Below, piece by piece: positions 1 through 9,904 of a DNA stretch of 64,000 nt. The notes beneath the pieces were generated by a model. That model did not search any database. It was not told the DNA's origin and saw only the letters and a list, made by a program, of their open reading frames with translations. Where the stretch lies: the NCBI GenBank assembly GCA_964348395.1, contig CAYGCK010000001.1:85018-149017 (forward strand), read 5' to 3'. Made by a program: the position numbers and the translations under genes. Source of the stretch: an uncultured Candidatus Saccharibacteria bacterium (lineage in GTDB: Bacteria; Patescibacteriota; WWE3; 9FT-COMBO-53-11). Within the stretch, counting starts at the first letter, position 1, and the number at the start of each line of letters is the position of its first letter.

Positions 1-1026
1 CTCTATCAAGTGTTTATAGAGGAGGGGGTCGACGTCTTTGAAACCGCCGAGGAGGAGGAGAAGAAACCGGAAGAGATAGAGCGGGAACTGCAGGCTCAAG
101 CCGCCCGCGACACGACCATCTCCTCCGACCCCGTGCGCATGTACCTTCGGGAGATAGGGAGAACCGCGCTTTTGACCAAAGAGGAGGAGGTTGCGCTAGC
201 AAAGAGTATAGAAAAAGGTGAGAAGGGTGCGGGGAGGTTACGCCGCGCTACATCCAGGATGAGCAAAAAGACTCGAGATAAGTTCGCCGAGGATGTTCGG
301 GAGGGAGGCAGGGCCAAGGAGATGTTAACCCGCGCTAACCTTCGGCTGGTGGTTTCGATCGCCAAAAAGTATTTAGGGAGAGGGCTATCTTTTTTGGATC
401 TGATTCAAGAAGGAAACATTGGTTTGATGCGGGCGGTTGAGAAGTTTGAGTGGAGGCGGGGCTTTAAATTTTCAACCTACGCGACCTGGTGGATTCGCCA
501 GGGTATAACCCGCGCCATAGCCGATCAGGCTCGGACCATAAGGATTCCCGTGCATATGATTGAAACGATAAACAAATTCAATCGAGTTCAGAGGCAACTC
601 GAGCAAAAACTGGATCGCGAGCCGACGCCCGAGGAGATAGCAAAAAAGATGAAAATATCCGCGGACAAGGCGCGCGAGATTATAAAGATATCCCAAAAAC
701 CAGCGTCGCTTGAGACCCCCATCGGTGAAGAACATGACTCGCGATTAAAGGACTTTGTCGCCGACGATGAGGTAGCCGCTCCAACCGACGATACTTCAAA
801 GGAGCTTCTCCGCCAGCAACTTATAGAGGTTTTGGGGACGCTTTCGCCCCGCGAGCAAAAGGTTATCGAGCTTCGCTTTGGCTTGCGAGATGGAAAACCC
901 CGAACGCTTGAGGCGGTGGGGAAGGAGTTTGGTGTCACTCGCGAGCGCATACGCCAAATAGAAGCTAAAGCCATACGCAAGCTCAAGCACCCCTCGCGTT
1001 CAAAGATTATTAAGGATTACCTATAA
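1..1026 (+). CDS. rpoD: RNA polymerase sigma-70 factor (primary sigma, RpoD-like), 5' end truncated by window
   Basis: Region 1.2 ([12 protein letters not shown]), region 2 ([24 protein letters not shown]), region 3, and region 4 HTH ([15 protein letters not shown]...TLEAVG) are all present. The frame is open to position 1. Confidence 0.9.
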   Translation, partial: LYQVFIEEGVDVFETAEEEEKKPEEIERELQAQAARDTTISSDPVRMYLREIGRTALLTKEEEVALAKSIEKGEKGAGRLRRATSRMSKKTRDKFAEDVREGGRAKEMLTRANLRLVVSIAKKYLGRGLSFLDLIQEGNIGLMRAVEKFEWRRGFKFSTYATWWIRQGITRAIADQARTIRIPVHMIETINKFNRVQRQLEQKLDREPTPEEIAKKMKISADKAREIIKISQKPASLETPIGEEHDSRLKDFVADDEVAAPTDDTSKELLRQQLIEVLGTLSPREQKVIELRFGLRDGKPRTLEAVGKEFGVTRERIRQIEAKAIRKLKHPSRSKIIKDYL

Positions 1027-1084
1027 AGCAGGTAGCTAAATTGAACTATCTGGTATCTGATATCTAATCTCTGGTATCTTATCC

Positions 1085-1990
1085 TTGATGTTTCCTGTCT
1101 TTTTGGTACCCGCGGTTTTGGCCTATCTTTTTTTGGCGCTAGCCGCCCTAATTGACAAGATTCTTCTTAAAACAACCATCGTTTCCCCTCGAGCGTACGC
1201 TTTCTTTGTTGGGATTTTGAGTGTAGGGGTTTTGGTGTTACTGCCTTTTGGGGTGGTCAGCGTGCCTACGGGGCGGGTTATTCTTGCTTCCCTAGCCTCG
1301 GGGGTTTGTGGAGTTTATGCGCTTTGGGCCTTCTACAGCGCTTTGAAGGAGCACGAGGCCTCCCGCGTCGTGACCGCGGTCGGCGCTTTGGTACCTATTT
1401 TTACCCTTCTTTTAAGCATCGTCATCCTGAACGAGGGCTTGAACGCGCTTCAATTCATCGCCTTTGTGCTCTTGGTTGTGGGTGGGGCTATCATCTCCTA
1501 CCGGGAGAACGTGAAGCGGGCTTACACTTTTGAGATTCTGGCGCACGCCGCGCGGGCTTCGGCTTTTTTTGCTGTGTCCTTTACTCTTCTTAGATTTGTT
1601 TTTATCTTTGAACCCTTTCTCAACGGATTCTTTTGGACTAGGATTGGGGGGATTTTGGGAGCTTTGACAATTCTGGCTGTTCCGGAGAACCTAAAACGCA
1701 TTTACTGGGCCGCTAAAAAAGCTCCCAAGCGCGCGCCCGTAGTTTTTGTGCTCAATCAGGGCTTGGGCGGCGCGGGGGCTATCTTGCAAAACTACGCGAT
1801 ATTTTTAGGCTCCGCCGCTCTGGTGGGGGCGCTCCAGGGTGTGCAGTACGCTTTTCTTCTTGTTCTTATCGTTTTTTTATCTAAGCGGTTTCCTCAACTT
1901 AAGGAGCAGCTGGGTCTTAGGGAGTGGAGCTTAAAAATTTTTGCCATTGCCGTTGTGGGTATCGGGTTGTATCTTATTTCGATAAGCTAG
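1085..1990 (+). CDS. DMT/EamA-like multi-pass membrane permease
   Basis: About 10 predicted TM helices with a duplicated 5-TM architecture and no soluble domains. Confidence 0.55.
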   Translation: MMFPVFLVPAVLAYLFLALAALIDKILLKTTIVSPRAYAFFVGILSVGVLVLLPFGVVSVPTGRVILASLASGVCGVYALWAFYSALKEHEASRVVTAVGALVPIFTLLLSIVILNEGLNALQFIAFVLLVVGGAIISYRENVKRAYTFEILAHAARASAFFAVSFTLLRFVFIFEPFLNGFFWTRIGGILGALTILAVPENLKRIYWAAKKAPKRAPVVFVLNQGLGGAGAILQNYAIFLGSAALVGALQGVQYAFLLVLIVFLSKRFPQLKEQLGLREWSLKIFAIAVVGIGLYLISIS

Positions 1991-1993
1991 ACG

Positions 1994-3016
1994 ATGAGAA
2001 GATATCTGACAACAATCGCAAAAATCGCGCTTTATCTTTTTACTTTCTTTGGCCTTTCTTTTCTGGTTTTATATCTTCTTCTTGGTCGAGGGGGAGAGGC
2101 AGAGGAAATAGCTTGGGGAGTCTCTTTCGACCCCTACTACGCCGAAGGGCTAGGACTCGACTGGCGGGAGACATATCTTTCGCTTCTTGATGAGGTTGGG
2201 GTGGATCATCTTCGCCTCGTCGCTTTTTGGAACGCGGTAGAGCCGCGGGACGACGAGTTTGACTTTGAAAGGTTGGATTTCCAGATTCAGGAGGCAGAGC
2301 GCCGTGGGGCGAAGGTGATTTTGGCGGTTGGACGCCGGCTTCCCCGCTGGCCGGAGTGCCATATTCCAGAGTGGGCTTTAACTATGACGGATAAGGAGCA
2401 GCAAGAGGAGGTTCTGGAACTCGTGCTCCAAATCGTCAACCGCTACAAAGATAGCCCCGCCCTTGAGTTTTGGCAGCTTGAAAACGAACAGTTTGTCTGG
2501 TTTTTTGGCGAGTGCCCGGGACCGAGCGCGCCTTTGGTTAAGCGTGAAATCGAGTTAATCCGCGAGCTCGACCCTGACCACCAGTTTGTCTTGACCGAAA
2601 GTGGGGAACTCTCCACCTGGTTTAGGGTTACGGGGCGTGGAGACTACATTGGGATCTCGATGTATAGGATTATTTACGACGGGAACTACACCAAACTATA
2701 CTTAAGCTACCGTCCCTTCTTTCCGCAGTGGTATTACCGTATTAAGGCTAACTTCTACAAGGGTATAGGTCGGGTAAAAGAGGTTTTTATAAGTGAGCTT
2801 CAAGGGGAGCCCTGGGGCCACAAACCCTTGACCGAGATGACCCTTGAGGAGCAGTACAGAACGCTATCCCCGGGTCAGTTCCGCTACAACCTCGACTTCG
2901 CCCGCTCGACCGGGTTTGACCGCATCTACCTTTGGGGAGCGGAGTGGTGGTTTTACGCTAAAGAGAAGTTAGGGATTCCCGATTTCTTGGACACGGCGAA
3001 GGAGCTTTGGAATTAA
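1994..3016 (+). CDS. membrane-anchored GH5-like glycoside hydrolase (clan GH-A)
   Basis: N-terminal TM anchor and a QLENEQ/NEP-type catalytic acid motif. Paralogous to 25806..26804. Confidence 0.6.
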   Translation: MRRYLTTIAKIALYLFTFFGLSFLVLYLLLGRGGEAEEIAWGVSFDPYYAEGLGLDWRETYLSLLDEVGVDHLRLVAFWNAVEPRDDEFDFERLDFQIQEAERRGAKVILAVGRRLPRWPECHIPEWALTMTDKEQQEEVLELVLQIVNRYKDSPALEFWQLENEQFVWFFGECPGPSAPLVKREIELIRELDPDHQFVLTESGELSTWFRVTGRGDYIGISMYRIIYDGNYTKLYLSYRPFFPQWYYRIKANFYKGIGRVKEVFISELQGEPWGHKPLTEMTLEEQYRTLSPGQFRYNLDFARSTGFDRIYLWGAEWWFYAKEKLGIPDFLDTAKELWN

Positions 3017-4165
3017 ATGATGTCTAAATCTCAAACCTCAAATATCAAACCTCGAACCTCGAAATCCTTCCCAAAGGATTTCCTGTGGGGCTCGGCGACC
3101 TCGGCGTACCAGGTTGAGGGGAGCAATAAAAACTCCGACTGGGAGCACTGGAGGGTTAGGGCGGGCTTGTCCTGCGACCACTATAATCGCTTCGAGGAGG
3201 ACTTCGACATCGCCAAGTCCTTGAATCAAAACGCCCACCGCTTCTCCGTCGAGTGGGCCAGGATTGAGCCGGAGAAAGGCGAGTTCGACGAGCGGGAGGT
3301 AGAACACTACAGACAGGTGCTGAAAGCCCTAAAAAAGCGCAAAATCAAGCCCTTGGTCACCCTCCACCACTTTACCAACCCCCTTTGGGTGGCGGAGCGT
3401 GGGGGGTGGGAGAATCCTGACGTTGTTTCCTACTTTGAGTCTTATGCTCGCTACATCGTAACCCAGCTTAAGGACCTCTGCGACTTTTGGGTGACCATTA
3501 ACGAACCCGTGGTTTACTTTCAAAAGGGGTATTGGGAAGGCGGGGGACCTCCTGGGAAAAGGGATCCGCTAAAAGGGTACCTCGTTATCCGACATATGCT
3601 TAATGCTCACCGGGCGGCGTACGACATCATACACGACATTCAACCGAAAGCCCGGGTGGGTATAGCTTACGTTTTGGGGTATCTAAGATCGCCCGTTCCT
3701 GTGAGTTTCGATCCCGTCCGCGAATTTGAGCAGTTTTTCATTAAAAAAGCCAAAGCACAGGATTTTATAGGCGTCAACTATTACCGCGCGGTAGGTCGGA
3801 TAAATGATTTACCCAAAAGTGACATAGGATGGGCTATCTATTCTCACGGGCTCTACGAAAACCTGATGGACGTTAAGGAGCGCTTTGATCTTCCCGTCTA
3901 CATAACCGAGAACGGGATTGCAGACGCGGACGACGATCAAAGGGCCGACTTTATAGCCGACCATCTGGCGGCGACGCTTGAGGCGATATCAGAAGGAGCG
4001 GACGTTAAGGGATATTTTTACTGGTCGCTTCTCGATAACTTCGAGTGGGAGAGCGGTTACGAACCGAGGTTCGGCTTGGTGGAGGTTGATTATAAAACCC
4101 TGAAGCGGAAAGTTCGCCCCTCAGCCCGAGTCTATGCCAGGATCGCCAAGGAGAACTCCCTTTAG
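3017..4165 (+). CDS. glycoside hydrolase family 1 (beta-glucosidase/beta-galactosidase-like)
   Basis: DFLWGSATSAYQVEG N-terminal signature, the TINEP acid/base motif, and the YITENG nucleophile motif. Confidence 0.85.
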   Translation: MMSKSQTSNIKPRTSKSFPKDFLWGSATSAYQVEGSNKNSDWEHWRVRAGLSCDHYNRFEEDFDIAKSLNQNAHRFSVEWARIEPEKGEFDEREVEHYRQVLKALKKRKIKPLVTLHHFTNPLWVAERGGWENPDVVSYFESYARYIVTQLKDLCDFWVTINEPVVYFQKGYWEGGGPPGKRDPLKGYLVIRHMLNAHRAAYDIIHDIQPKARVGIAYVLGYLRSPVPVSFDPVREFEQFFIKKAKAQDFIGVNYYRAVGRINDLPKSDIGWAIYSHGLYENLMDVKERFDLPVYITENGIADADDDQRADFIADHLAATLEAISEGADVKGYFYWSLLDNFEWESGYEPRFGLVEVDYKTLKRKVRPSARVYARIAKENSL

Positions 4166-4984
4166 ATGAAGATTACTTTGGCCATTCCAAGTTATAACGG
4201 TCTCTCTTATTTGAAAAGATTGATTCCCCGTGTTTTAGAGGAAGATTTCGACGACGTTTTTGTCTTAGACGACGCGTCTAAGGATGGAAGCGCCGAGTTT
4301 TTGAGAAAAAACTTTCCTTCCGTTAAAGTGATTCGCGGAAGAAAAAACGTCGGTCCCACGGCAAACAGGAATCGGATGTTAAAGCAGAGTTTTGGCGATA
4401 TCTTAGTCTTTTTAGACGTCGATATGGAGCTCGTCAGCAAAAAGGTAACCCCCAAGATAAAAAAACTTTTCCAAAAATACCCAAAGGCAGCCGTTTTTGG
4501 GGGGTTTATTTTGGGTGAAACAGGCGAGCCCATGTGGTATAACCGCGGGTACGATTTGCACCCGATAAGAAGTGCCAAATCGGCGGTTTTGCATCAAATG
4601 GCACTTAACTTCTGGGACGACCCAGCAATACGCGGGTATATCAAAGAAAACGCGAAAGAAGTGAGTTTGGATTTTGAAAAACCAAAGGACGGGAAGGTGG
4701 ACTGGGTGACCGAGGCCTTCTTTATGGTAAGAGGGGGTGTTTTTAAGAAGCTCGGCGGTTTCGATGAGGGATTTAAGATGTTCCACGAGGGCCCCGATTT
4801 TTGCAAGCAGGCTCGAACCGCCGGGTTTGACGTTCGCTTTACCACTAAGCTCAAGGCCAAGCACTTAGGGGCGAAGTCGACTCCCGAAGCCAAGCGCAAG
4901 AAATACTTCCTCGACTCCACAATCTACTGGTATAAGAAGCACTACGGCATTCCCAGAGACCTCGTCAAAAAATTTATTTCTTAA
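4166..4984 (+). CDS. family 2 glycosyltransferase
   Basis: The IPSYNG...DDASKDGS (DXD-like) N-terminal GT-A fold signature. The start codon abuts the GH1 stop (TAG ATG). Confidence 0.75.
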   Translation: MKITLAIPSYNGLSYLKRLIPRVLEEDFDDVFVLDDASKDGSAEFLRKNFPSVKVIRGRKNVGPTANRNRMLKQSFGDILVFLDVDMELVSKKVTPKIKKLFQKYPKAAVFGGFILGETGEPMWYNRGYDLHPIRSAKSAVLHQMALNFWDDPAIRGYIKENAKEVSLDFEKPKDGKVDWVTEAFFMVRGGVFKKLGGFDEGFKMFHEGPDFCKQARTAGFDVRFTTKLKAKHLGAKSTPEAKRKKYFLDSTIYWYKKHYGIPRDLVKKFIS

Positions 4985-5054
4985 ATATAATCTTCCTTCT
5001 ATCGGCTTTTTGTGGCAAAATAGCAAGAGAAAATATCTTTGGAGAGGAGGAGAC

Positions 5055-5549
5055 GTGGAACCCGGTCCGGAATCTCTCTACTTCGTGGATTGGCTTTGGG
5101 ATTATCTTTCCCCCTTGGGATTTCGTGGCTTTCAGCTCTCTTTTTCCGTGGGGTGGGTGAGGTTCTGGACGCTCGAGCCCCCTAAGGGTTTGGGGGAATC
5201 CAGGTCGATTTTCCTGGAGATACCGACGGGACGTCCTGCCGACGCCCTGATGGACGTCTACACCAGTTTGGAGGAGACCTTGGGTGTGGACGGGAGAATG
5301 CCCTCGCGGGATATCGTCGAACCCGTGGACGGTCTTCTGCAGCACGTCTGCTCCCTGGCCGTTCTTCTCGGGGGTTCCGGGCAACCGACCTTTCAGCTCG
5401 ACTTCAACTGCTTCCCCAAGGTCGGAGGGCCAAAGGTGTGCCTCGATTTTGGAGGCCACCGCATTGTAAGTGACCGTCAGGAGCTTTGGATAGCGCTTCT
5501 TGAGGTCTTGGAGGAGGCTCGTAGCGCCTTGGAAAAACCTCCCCATTAG
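5055..5549 (+). CDS. hypothetical protein
   Basis: GGAGG SD 6 nt upstream of GTG. Helical-looking sequence, preferred over the overlapping minus-strand ORF 4974..5546, which is Gly/Pro/Arg-rich. Confidence 0.35.
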   Translation: MEPGPESLYFVDWLWDYLSPLGFRGFQLSFSVGWVRFWTLEPPKGLGESRSIFLEIPTGRPADALMDVYTSLEETLGVDGRMPSRDIVEPVDGLLQHVCSLAVLLGGSGQPTFQLDFNCFPKVGGPKVCLDFGGHRIVSDRQELWIALLEVLEEARSALEKPPH

Positions 5550-5613
5550 GAGCTGGTGGGGAGTTTTTTGTATAATTTATCGCCCGCTAAACTCCCTAAA
5601 AAGGAGGAGAGAG

Positions 5614-5829
5614 ATGCCACTTTGTTCTTCGTGCAGTGAGGACTCGCGGTCCAGTGGGTGCGGAAGAACTCTTTGGGTCGAATACACTTGCCGACAGTGC
5701 GAGGGGAGGTTTACCAATAAGGATTTCGACGGCTTCAAGCTTGTCGTTCGCTGCATTCACTGCGGTTCTGGCGAGCTCGACAGCGAGTGCGTTTTCTGCG
5801 GCGGCGTACCCTTGAGCGCCGTGGCCTGA
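5614..5829 (+). CDS. small zinc-ribbon protein (four CxxC pairs)
   Basis: Strong AAGGAGGAG SD followed by ATG. Contains CSSC...CRQC...CIHC...CVFC. Confidence 0.5.
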   Translation: MPLCSSCSEDSRSSGCGRTLWVEYTCRQCEGRFTNKDFDGFKLVVRCIHCGSGELDSECVFCGGVPLSAVA

Positions 5830-5898
5830 AGCTAACACCTTCGGGCCTTTCCTTAAATTGGGGATTCACCAATCTTAGGTTAAAATATATGTGTCCGT

Positions 5899-5973
5899 TC
5901 CCCGGTAGCTCAGCGGTAGAGCGCCCGCCTGTTAAGCGGTAGGTCGATGGTTCGAATCCATCCCGGGGAGCCA
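5899..5973 (+). tRNA. tRNA-Asn (anticodon GTT)
   Basis: Manual cloverleaf: acceptor TCCCCGG/CCGGGGA, D arm GCTC-AGCGGTA-GAGC, anticodon loop CTGTTAA, T arm GATGG-TTCGAAT-CCATC, discriminator G, encoded CCA. Confidence 0.85.
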
Positions 5974-6069
5974 AACCTACCCAGTCTGACGCTTAATATA
6001 ATCCTTTATCGAGTCCCAGCCCCTTTGCTCGACGACCCCCCCCGCTCTTGTTATTATCTATTCAGTTAG

Positions 6070-8670
6070 ATGAAAACTTTCCTGCCTGGATTAAAACTCG
6101 GGAGGTTGAAGATTCCCTTCAGAAGAGTTCTCTCTCTTCTCCTTGGCTTTACCCTAGTTTTCTCCCAATTTTCGCCCTGGCTCCCGCTGTTTGGCCCTCC
6201 CCCTGCTCAAGCCGCCGGCACTACTTACTACGTTGACGCTACTGGAGGGAGCGATTCCAATCCCGGCACTTCAATAACCACACCCTGGCAAACGGTGGCT
6301 AAGGTTAATGCTGCCAGCTTGGCCCCGGGGGACTACATTTATTTTAAAAGAGGGGAGACATGGGTTTTTGCTACTTCAACCGACCGTTTAATTGCTCGAA
6401 GTGGGGTAACCTACGGAGCATATGGAAGCGGGAATTTGCCAATAATCGATGGTAATGGTGTCAGTGATGGGATGTTGGGTATGGATGTTAATAACGTTAG
6501 AGTGGAAGATATTAAGTTTACCAATTGCTACGATGCTTGTGCGCAGTTTATTCGGACCAATAACGTTAGCGTGGTCGATTCTGAGATGAGCGGAGCGGGC
6601 AATGATAATCTTTTATTCATCACGGATAATACTAATGTCACTGTTTCTGGCGGGAAATACTATGATCCAGTAAGAAGAGTGGCAGGACCGCAAGTTACTA
6701 ATATTGAAATTGCCAATGGGGGGAGTAATTTTACAATCGACGGAGTCGAGCTTTATGGTGCGGAGAATGCTGGAATAAGCATCCATAACCACACGGGAAC
6801 AGATGTCCCCACAAATATAACAATTAATAACGTTTATAGCCACAACAATACTGGCCATGGAATCCAAATTCTCACCCAAGACGAAACCCAGGCAGTAGAC
6901 ATTGATATCACCAATTCCCGTTTTATATCAAATAATACGGGAGTAAGGGTCTTTAAGTCCGGTTCTTATTATATCCATGGAGACGTTTTAGTTGATAAAA
7001 ATGTCTTTGGGAACAATTCGGCCTATGGCTTTTTTGTAGAAGGTGATGATGTAACGATACAGCGATCGACCTTTTATGGTACAAATCAGGCCGGGCAAGT
7101 CTCCAGTGCGAAAAATTTTACATTTCAGAACAACACGACGTACCTCAGTCCTTCAAATCCCATATGGATGCTCTTCGTCTCTGGTGGTACTAGAGTTGAC
7201 GGGATATCCGCAAAAAACAATATCTTCTACATGACTACAACTTCTGGTCAATTTGTCGGGTCGGCCCTTAATAGTTCAACAAACATGGTTGTTGACTACA
7301 ATCAATATTACTTCTCGCCTTATGCTGGTAACGCGCGTTGGATGAAGGAGGGAACGGCATATAATTTTACAAACTGGCAGACAGTAGTGGGCAACGATAC
7401 ACATGGTTTGGGACCAACATCAGACCCCTTGTTTAATGACCCTTCTGTTTATGATTTTACCCTTCAGGCTGACAGCCCGGCGATCGGGGCGGGGATGGAC
7501 GTCGGTCTCGCGTTCAACGGGGACGCGCCGGACATCGGGGCCTACGAATACGTCTACGCTCCCGCCGCCCCCAGCTCTTTAGCCCAATATAAATCTAATG
7601 GGACGACGGTAGTCCCTACTAACGGATTAACGAACGAGAATTCGGTTGTCTTGAAGCTGGCGATGTCTTCCGTCAACGCTGCCGATTCCCTCACCCCCCA
7701 AGTCGAGATAAGGGAAGTTGGAACGGCTTTCAGCAACGCCGTTACCCATTCCGGCCCCGCGGTCGCCTTCTCCGGGACTCCCGTGACCGGTACCGCCATC
7801 GTCTCGGGCCTGACCAACGGCCGGAGCTACCACTGGCAGGCGCGGGCGAACAACTCGGCCGGCGCCGGCGCTTGGGTTTTAGGAGGGACCTTTACGGTCG
7901 ATACCGCTACCCCCTCTTTCGCTTTGACCAAGATCGGAACGTTGAATTACCAATCGGGGATCAACACTTATTACTACACCGGCTCGAAGCCGACTTTCTC
8001 CGGCACGGGGGAAGCGGGAGCAGCCATTACTCTCAAGGTCGGGGGCACGACCCGGGCGACCGGGACGATCAGTGCTAATGGGAGCTGGAGCTTGGGCGGT
8101 TATACTTTCTCCGCCGGATCTCATACAGCGCAGATTACAGCCACCGACGCCGCTGGTAACCAGACGGCTGCCGCCTTCACCCTCGTTATCTCCCCTGATT
8201 GGAGCCTCTTCCCCAGTTGGTTGGTAACCCAACTTACGGGCGAGGAGCTCTATCCGGCGGAAGAGGGTCCGCTTCCGGTTGAAGAAGAGAAGCCCCCGGA
8301 GGAAGAGGAGCCGGCGGTTAAAGGCAATACGGTTACCGTCCGCCTCGCCGACCAGAAAGGGAAGCCGCTGGCGGGGATCTGGGTCACCCTGGCCTCCGAA
8401 CCGCAAACCGCCCAAACCGATGCGAACGGAGAAGCAACCTTCACTAACGTTACTCCCGGAGAGCACACCCTTTCCTTTGAATACGGTGGGGAGAAGGTGG
8501 AACGGACGCTCAACCTCCTCGGCGATGAGCAAGATTACAAGCTGGATGTGACTGTTGAAGGTGTTCCGCCCGAAGGTTACTTCTTTGGTGTCCAATGGTA
8601 CCTCTGGCTGCTATTTGGGGGAATTGGCGCCTTGGTCTTGGTGATGATTCTGCGAAAGGTCCGTCGTTAA
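6070..8670 (+). CDS. large secreted right-handed parallel beta-helix (pectate-lyase-fold) surface protein
   Basis: N-terminal signal/TM and many NxS/T-rich beta-helix repeats. Followed by a PEEEKPPEEEE linker and a CarboxypepD_reg-like beta-sandwich (TVRLADQKGKPLAGIWVTL...ANGEATF). The C-terminus is PPEGYFFG plus a TM helix plus RKVRR. Confidence 0.8.
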   Translation: MKTFLPGLKLGRLKIPFRRVLSLLLGFTLVFSQFSPWLPLFGPPPAQAAGTTYYVDATGGSDSNPGTSITTPWQTVAKVNAASLAPGDYIYFKRGETWVFATSTDRLIARSGVTYGAYGSGNLPIIDGNGVSDGMLGMDVNNVRVEDIKFTNCYDACAQFIRTNNVSVVDSEMSGAGNDNLLFITDNTNVTVSGGKYYDPVRRVAGPQVTNIEIANGGSNFTIDGVELYGAENAGISIHNHTGTDVPTNITINNVYSHNNTGHGIQILTQDETQAVDIDITNSRFISNNTGVRVFKSGSYYIHGDVLVDKNVFGNNSAYGFFVEGDDVTIQRSTFYGTNQAGQVSSAKNFTFQNNTTYLSPSNPIWMLFVSGGTRVDGISAKNNIFYMTTTSGQFVGSALNSSTNMVVDYNQYYFSPYAGNARWMKEGTAYNFTNWQTVVGNDTHGLGPTSDPLFNDPSVYDFTLQADSPAIGAGMDVGLAFNGDAPDIGAYEYVYAPAAPSSLAQYKSNGTTVVPTNGLTNENSVVLKLAMSSVNAADSLTPQVEIREVGTAFSNAVTHSGPAVAFSGTPVTGTAIVSGLTNGRSYHWQARANNSAGAGAWVLGGTFTVDTATPSFALTKIGTLNYQSGINTYYYTGSKPTFSGTGEAGAAITLKVGGTTRATGTISANGSWSLGGYTFSAGSHTAQITATDAAGNQTAAAFTLVISPDWSLFPSWLVTQLTGEELYPAEEGPLPVEEEKPPEEEEPAVKGNTVTVRLADQKGKPLAGIWVTLASEPQTAQTDANGEATFTNVTPGEHTLSFEYGGEKVERTLNLLGDEQDYKLDVTVEGVPPEGYFFGVQWYLWLLFGGIGALVLVMILRKVRR

Positions 8671-8835
8671 CAACTAAGGGGAAACTAAAGCTCTCAGCTC
8701 TTTCCCCACATCCCTAAGATAGTTAATGTCTTCCAGCAACTTAAGTAGTTTGGAGAGATCAGGGGTATTTATATTATCCTTTGGACCGGGGAGCCACCTC
8801 TTTCCTAATACGATTGAGCGGATATCGAAAGTTTC

Positions 8836-9546
8836 ATGAACGCACCGACCGCACGTTCCGTTATTAAAGAATTAAAACGACTTGGAAATCCAAAAAAAGC
8901 CAAGGCGTCGGCTTGGTTTTTCAAAACTGGCAAAGGTCAGTATGGCGAGGGCGACGTTTTTGCGGGGGTAACCGTCCCGGAGCAAAGAAAGGTAGCCAAG
9001 CAGTTTAAAGAACTACCCCTTAAAGAAATTGCCAAACTCCTGGAAAATAAAATCCACGAATGCCGTCTAACGGCGCTCTTTATCCTTGTTGGTAAGTACA
9101 ACAAGGCCGATGGCAAAGAAAAAGAGCGGCTCGCTAAGTTTTATCTTTCACATTTGCAATACGTTAATAACTGGGACTTGGTCGACTCCTCCGCCTCTTA
9201 TATCCTTGGAGACTATTTGCAAGATAAGGACAAGTCAATTCTTTACAAACTCGCTCGTTCGGCTAACCTTTGGGAGCGCCGGGTGGCTATAATTGCTACC
9301 GCTGCCTTCATAAAAGAAGGTCGGTACCGAGATACTCTCAAAATTGCAAAAAACCTTCTAAAAGACGAGCACGACTTGATCCACAAAGCGGTCGGCTGGA
9401 TGCTAAGGGAGGTTGGGAATAAATCGCGCTCCACCGAAGAGAAGTTTTTGGATAAGCACGCCAGCTCAATGCCCAGGACAATGTTGAGATATGCTATTGA
9501 AAAATTTCCCAAGGAAAAAAGAGCTGAATACCTTTCAAAGACTTGA
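8836..9546 (+). CDS. DNA alkylation repair protein (AlkC/AlkD HEAT-repeat family)
   Basis: AlkD-like sequence pattern (KAKASAWFFKTGKGQYGEGDVFAGV...WDLVD) at about 236 aa. Confidence 0.8.
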   Translation: MNAPTARSVIKELKRLGNPKKAKASAWFFKTGKGQYGEGDVFAGVTVPEQRKVAKQFKELPLKEIAKLLENKIHECRLTALFILVGKYNKADGKEKERLAKFYLSHLQYVNNWDLVDSSASYILGDYLQDKDKSILYKLARSANLWERRVAIIATAAFIKEGRYRDTLKIAKNLLKDEHDLIHKAVGWMLREVGNKSRSTEEKFLDKHASSMPRTMLRYAIEKFPKEKRAEYLSKT

Positions 9547-9584
9547 GTTGATCGCTGACCAAACATGCTAGTCTGACGGTAGTT

Positions 9585-9872
9585 ATGCCGAGAGCCAAGA
9601 AAGAAGATCCCAAAATCGAAATCAAAGCCAAAATGAGCGGCACCGAAGGGTGGAAAGAGTGGGCGAAGGATTTGGGTAAGAATAAGAAACTCAAGTCCTC
9701 CTGGTGCGGCCCCGACGCTATCTACGGTCTGGGTTTGATTGGGGCACTAGTCTACTACATCCAGGCGGCGACGGACTTTGGATCAGCGGTTCTCGGAATC
9801 CTAAAAGCCCTGGTTTGGCCCGCATTCTTGGTCTATAAATTCCTCGAAAGCTTCTACGGGGTCGTAAGATAA
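9585..9872 (+). CDS. hypothetical small membrane protein
   Basis: Lys-rich N-terminus followed by two TM segments. Confidence 0.4.
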   Translation: MPRAKKEDPKIEIKAKMSGTEGWKEWAKDLGKNKKLKSSWCGPDAIYGLGLIGALVYYIQAATDFGSAVLGILKALVWPAFLVYKFLESFYGVVR

Positions 9873-9904
9873 GCTTTCCCGCGAGGCGTACGCCGAAAAC
9901 TCCC

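Noticed and set aside
4974-5546. Minus-strand 190-aa ORF overlapping the plus-strand hypothetical gene
   Set aside because: The translation is Gly/Pro/Arg-rich and non-globular. The plus-strand frame has an SD plus GTG and amphipathic-helix-like sequence. It is kept only as a low-confidence plus-strand call.
7879-8595. Numerous antisense or shadow ORFs inside long GC-rich genes (e.g. 7879..8595, 29396..30181, 35498..35989, 21786..22370, 16117..16572, 13818..14213)
   Set aside because: They lie fully within better-supported genes on the opposite strand or frame, have biased Arg/Pro/Gly/Ser composition, and lack an RBS.
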